Below, one piece after another: positions 63,072-64,000 of a stretch of DNA of 64,000 bases. Made by a program: the position numbers and the translations under genes. The stretch is from assembly GCA_046154445.1 (NCBI GenBank), contig JBJXDW010000010.1:36014-100013 (forward strand). Reading direction: 5' to 3'. The notes under the pieces were generated by a model. That model was not told the DNA's origin and did not search any database. It worked only from the letters and a program-made list of their open reading frames with translations. Every line of letters starts with the position of its first letter. Positions within the stretch are counted from its first letter, which is position 1. The stretch is from Fimbriimonadaceae bacterium (lineage in GTDB: Bacteria > Armatimonadota > Fimbriimonadia > Fimbriimonadales > Fimbriimonadaceae).

Positions 63072-64000
63072 ATGGCAATGGGCATGATTGGAGACGGCGG
63101 CGTTAGGCAAGGCAAACAGACAAAATCTGAACGGGTGGCGCGTGATTTGGAAGTTATGGCGAGGCAATTAGGGGCCGGTGAGCGATTGCCTTCGGTTCGC
63201 TCACTTTGCACGTCGCTTTGCATATCGTTGGCTACATTGAATGCGGCCATGCGAAGTTTGGAAGCTCGTGGGGTAATCGAGCGGAGGCATGGGAGTGGGG
63301 TTTATGTTGCGGAAAGCATTGCGATTAAGCGGATTGCGGTCGTCGTGAACAGTGGGTTTTTACTTGCGGGTGGCTCGCCAGTTTGGGGGATGTTGTTTGG
63401 CGAAATAATGACGCGGATGCCAGCAGGAGAGGCAGAGGCGGCAATTTTTATGGCGACTCCACCAAAAGAAGGGGGGTTACCGCAAACTTTGCCCGCTGAT
63501 TTGGTTTATGCGATTGAGCAGGGTCGAGTTGATGGGGTTATTGGGATTGGGCTCCACGTGAATGCAGTGAACGCATTAGAGTTGGCGGGGCTCCAGGTTG
63601 TTTCGTTTTCGGGTTCGGGAGATTGGGTTTTTCGGGTCAATGTTGTGGATATGGCTCAAGAACTTGCGCGAGGATTTTTAAAAGCAGGATTAAAAACGGC
63701 AGTCATTGCCGGGTGCTCAAATGCCGCTCAGTGGGAAGAAAATAGGGTTGCCTTGGAGGAGGCAGGTCTGCGAGTGCTTGGTGAAAGTGATGAACAGTGG
63801 AGCGAAGGGGGTCTAGTTGAGAGGATGTCGCATCCGTTTTTGCATCTTGGTCAGGATTTCGCGACGAATTTTGAATCGGTCGTGCAGGGCCCAGAAAGGC
63901 CGGATGTTTTGTTCTTGATGGACGATATTTTTGCGCAGGGCTTTTTAATGATTTGGCGGAATTCGAAGTATCGAGATTCCGTTCAGTTGGCGTGCCATTC
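63072..64000 (+). CDS. GntR-family regulator with periplasmic-binding-like C-terminal domain (3' truncated by window end)
   Basis: Translated by hand, as it is absent from the ORF track: KSERVARDL...GERLPSVRSLC..LCISLATLNAAMRSLEARGVIERRHGSGVYV; open to 64000. Confidence 0.88.
   Translation, partial: MAMGMIGDGGVRQGKQTKSERVARDLEVMARQLGAGERLPSVRSLCTSLCISLATLNAAMRSLEARGVIERRHGSGVYVAESIAIKRIAVVVNSGFLLAGGSPVWGMLFGEIMTRMPAGEAEAAIFMATPPKEGGLPQTLPADLVYAIEQGRVDGVIGIGLHVNAVNALELAGLQVVSFSGSGDWVFRVNVVDMAQELARGFLKAGLKTAVIAGCSNAAQWEENRVALEEAGLRVLGESDEQWSEGGLVERMSHPFLHLGQDFATNFESVVQGPERPDVLFLMDDIFAQGFLMIWRNSKYRDSVQLACH

Noticed and set aside
1-64000. CRISPR array, rRNA, IS element or selenoprotein with in-frame UGA
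   Set aside because: No regularly spaced repeats, rRNA signatures or transposase ORFs were found by eye, and no ORF needed UGA read-through to complete a family.

Overview
This is bacterial chromosomal DNA, probably from Armatimonadota (Fimbriimonadaceae-like). That call is inferred from RAFTLIELL-type prepilin proteins, PEP-CTERM proteins, pdxS, yvcK and LexA. The backbone is housekeeping: lipA, pdxS, amaB-like ALDH, pullulanase, corA, tRNA-Sec, rsmI, lexA, pcrA, tatC, a DUF1998 helicase, aroF, coaBC, gmk, yvcK and mutS. It shows a strong G/T-over-C/A bias on the + strand. Several AT-richer accessory islets with no integrase or transposase interrupt it. The main leads are: (1) a secreted-protein gene (18032-19862) thrown out of frame by a C12 tract just after its ATG, which suggests phase variation; (2) a TIGR04255 + unknown + R/S/H-motif three-gene module that may be a toxin-antitoxin-chaperone-like defence system; (3) a wHTH + nucleotidyltransferase pair with a palindromic operator over its promoter; (4) a methyltransferase-like + DUF1848 + DUF2188 islet; (5) a family of GTGG/GTGC-tagged REP-like hairpins; (6) repeated leaderless promoter geometry and a CTG-start lipoprotein; (7) a candidate novel LexA operator; (8) an LpxH-like + CrtO-like + MGDG-synthase-like glycolipid operon. 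No CRISPR array, rRNA, integrase or transposase was seen. Family names come from motif recognition by eye, not from database searches, and GC or skew statements are visual estimates.
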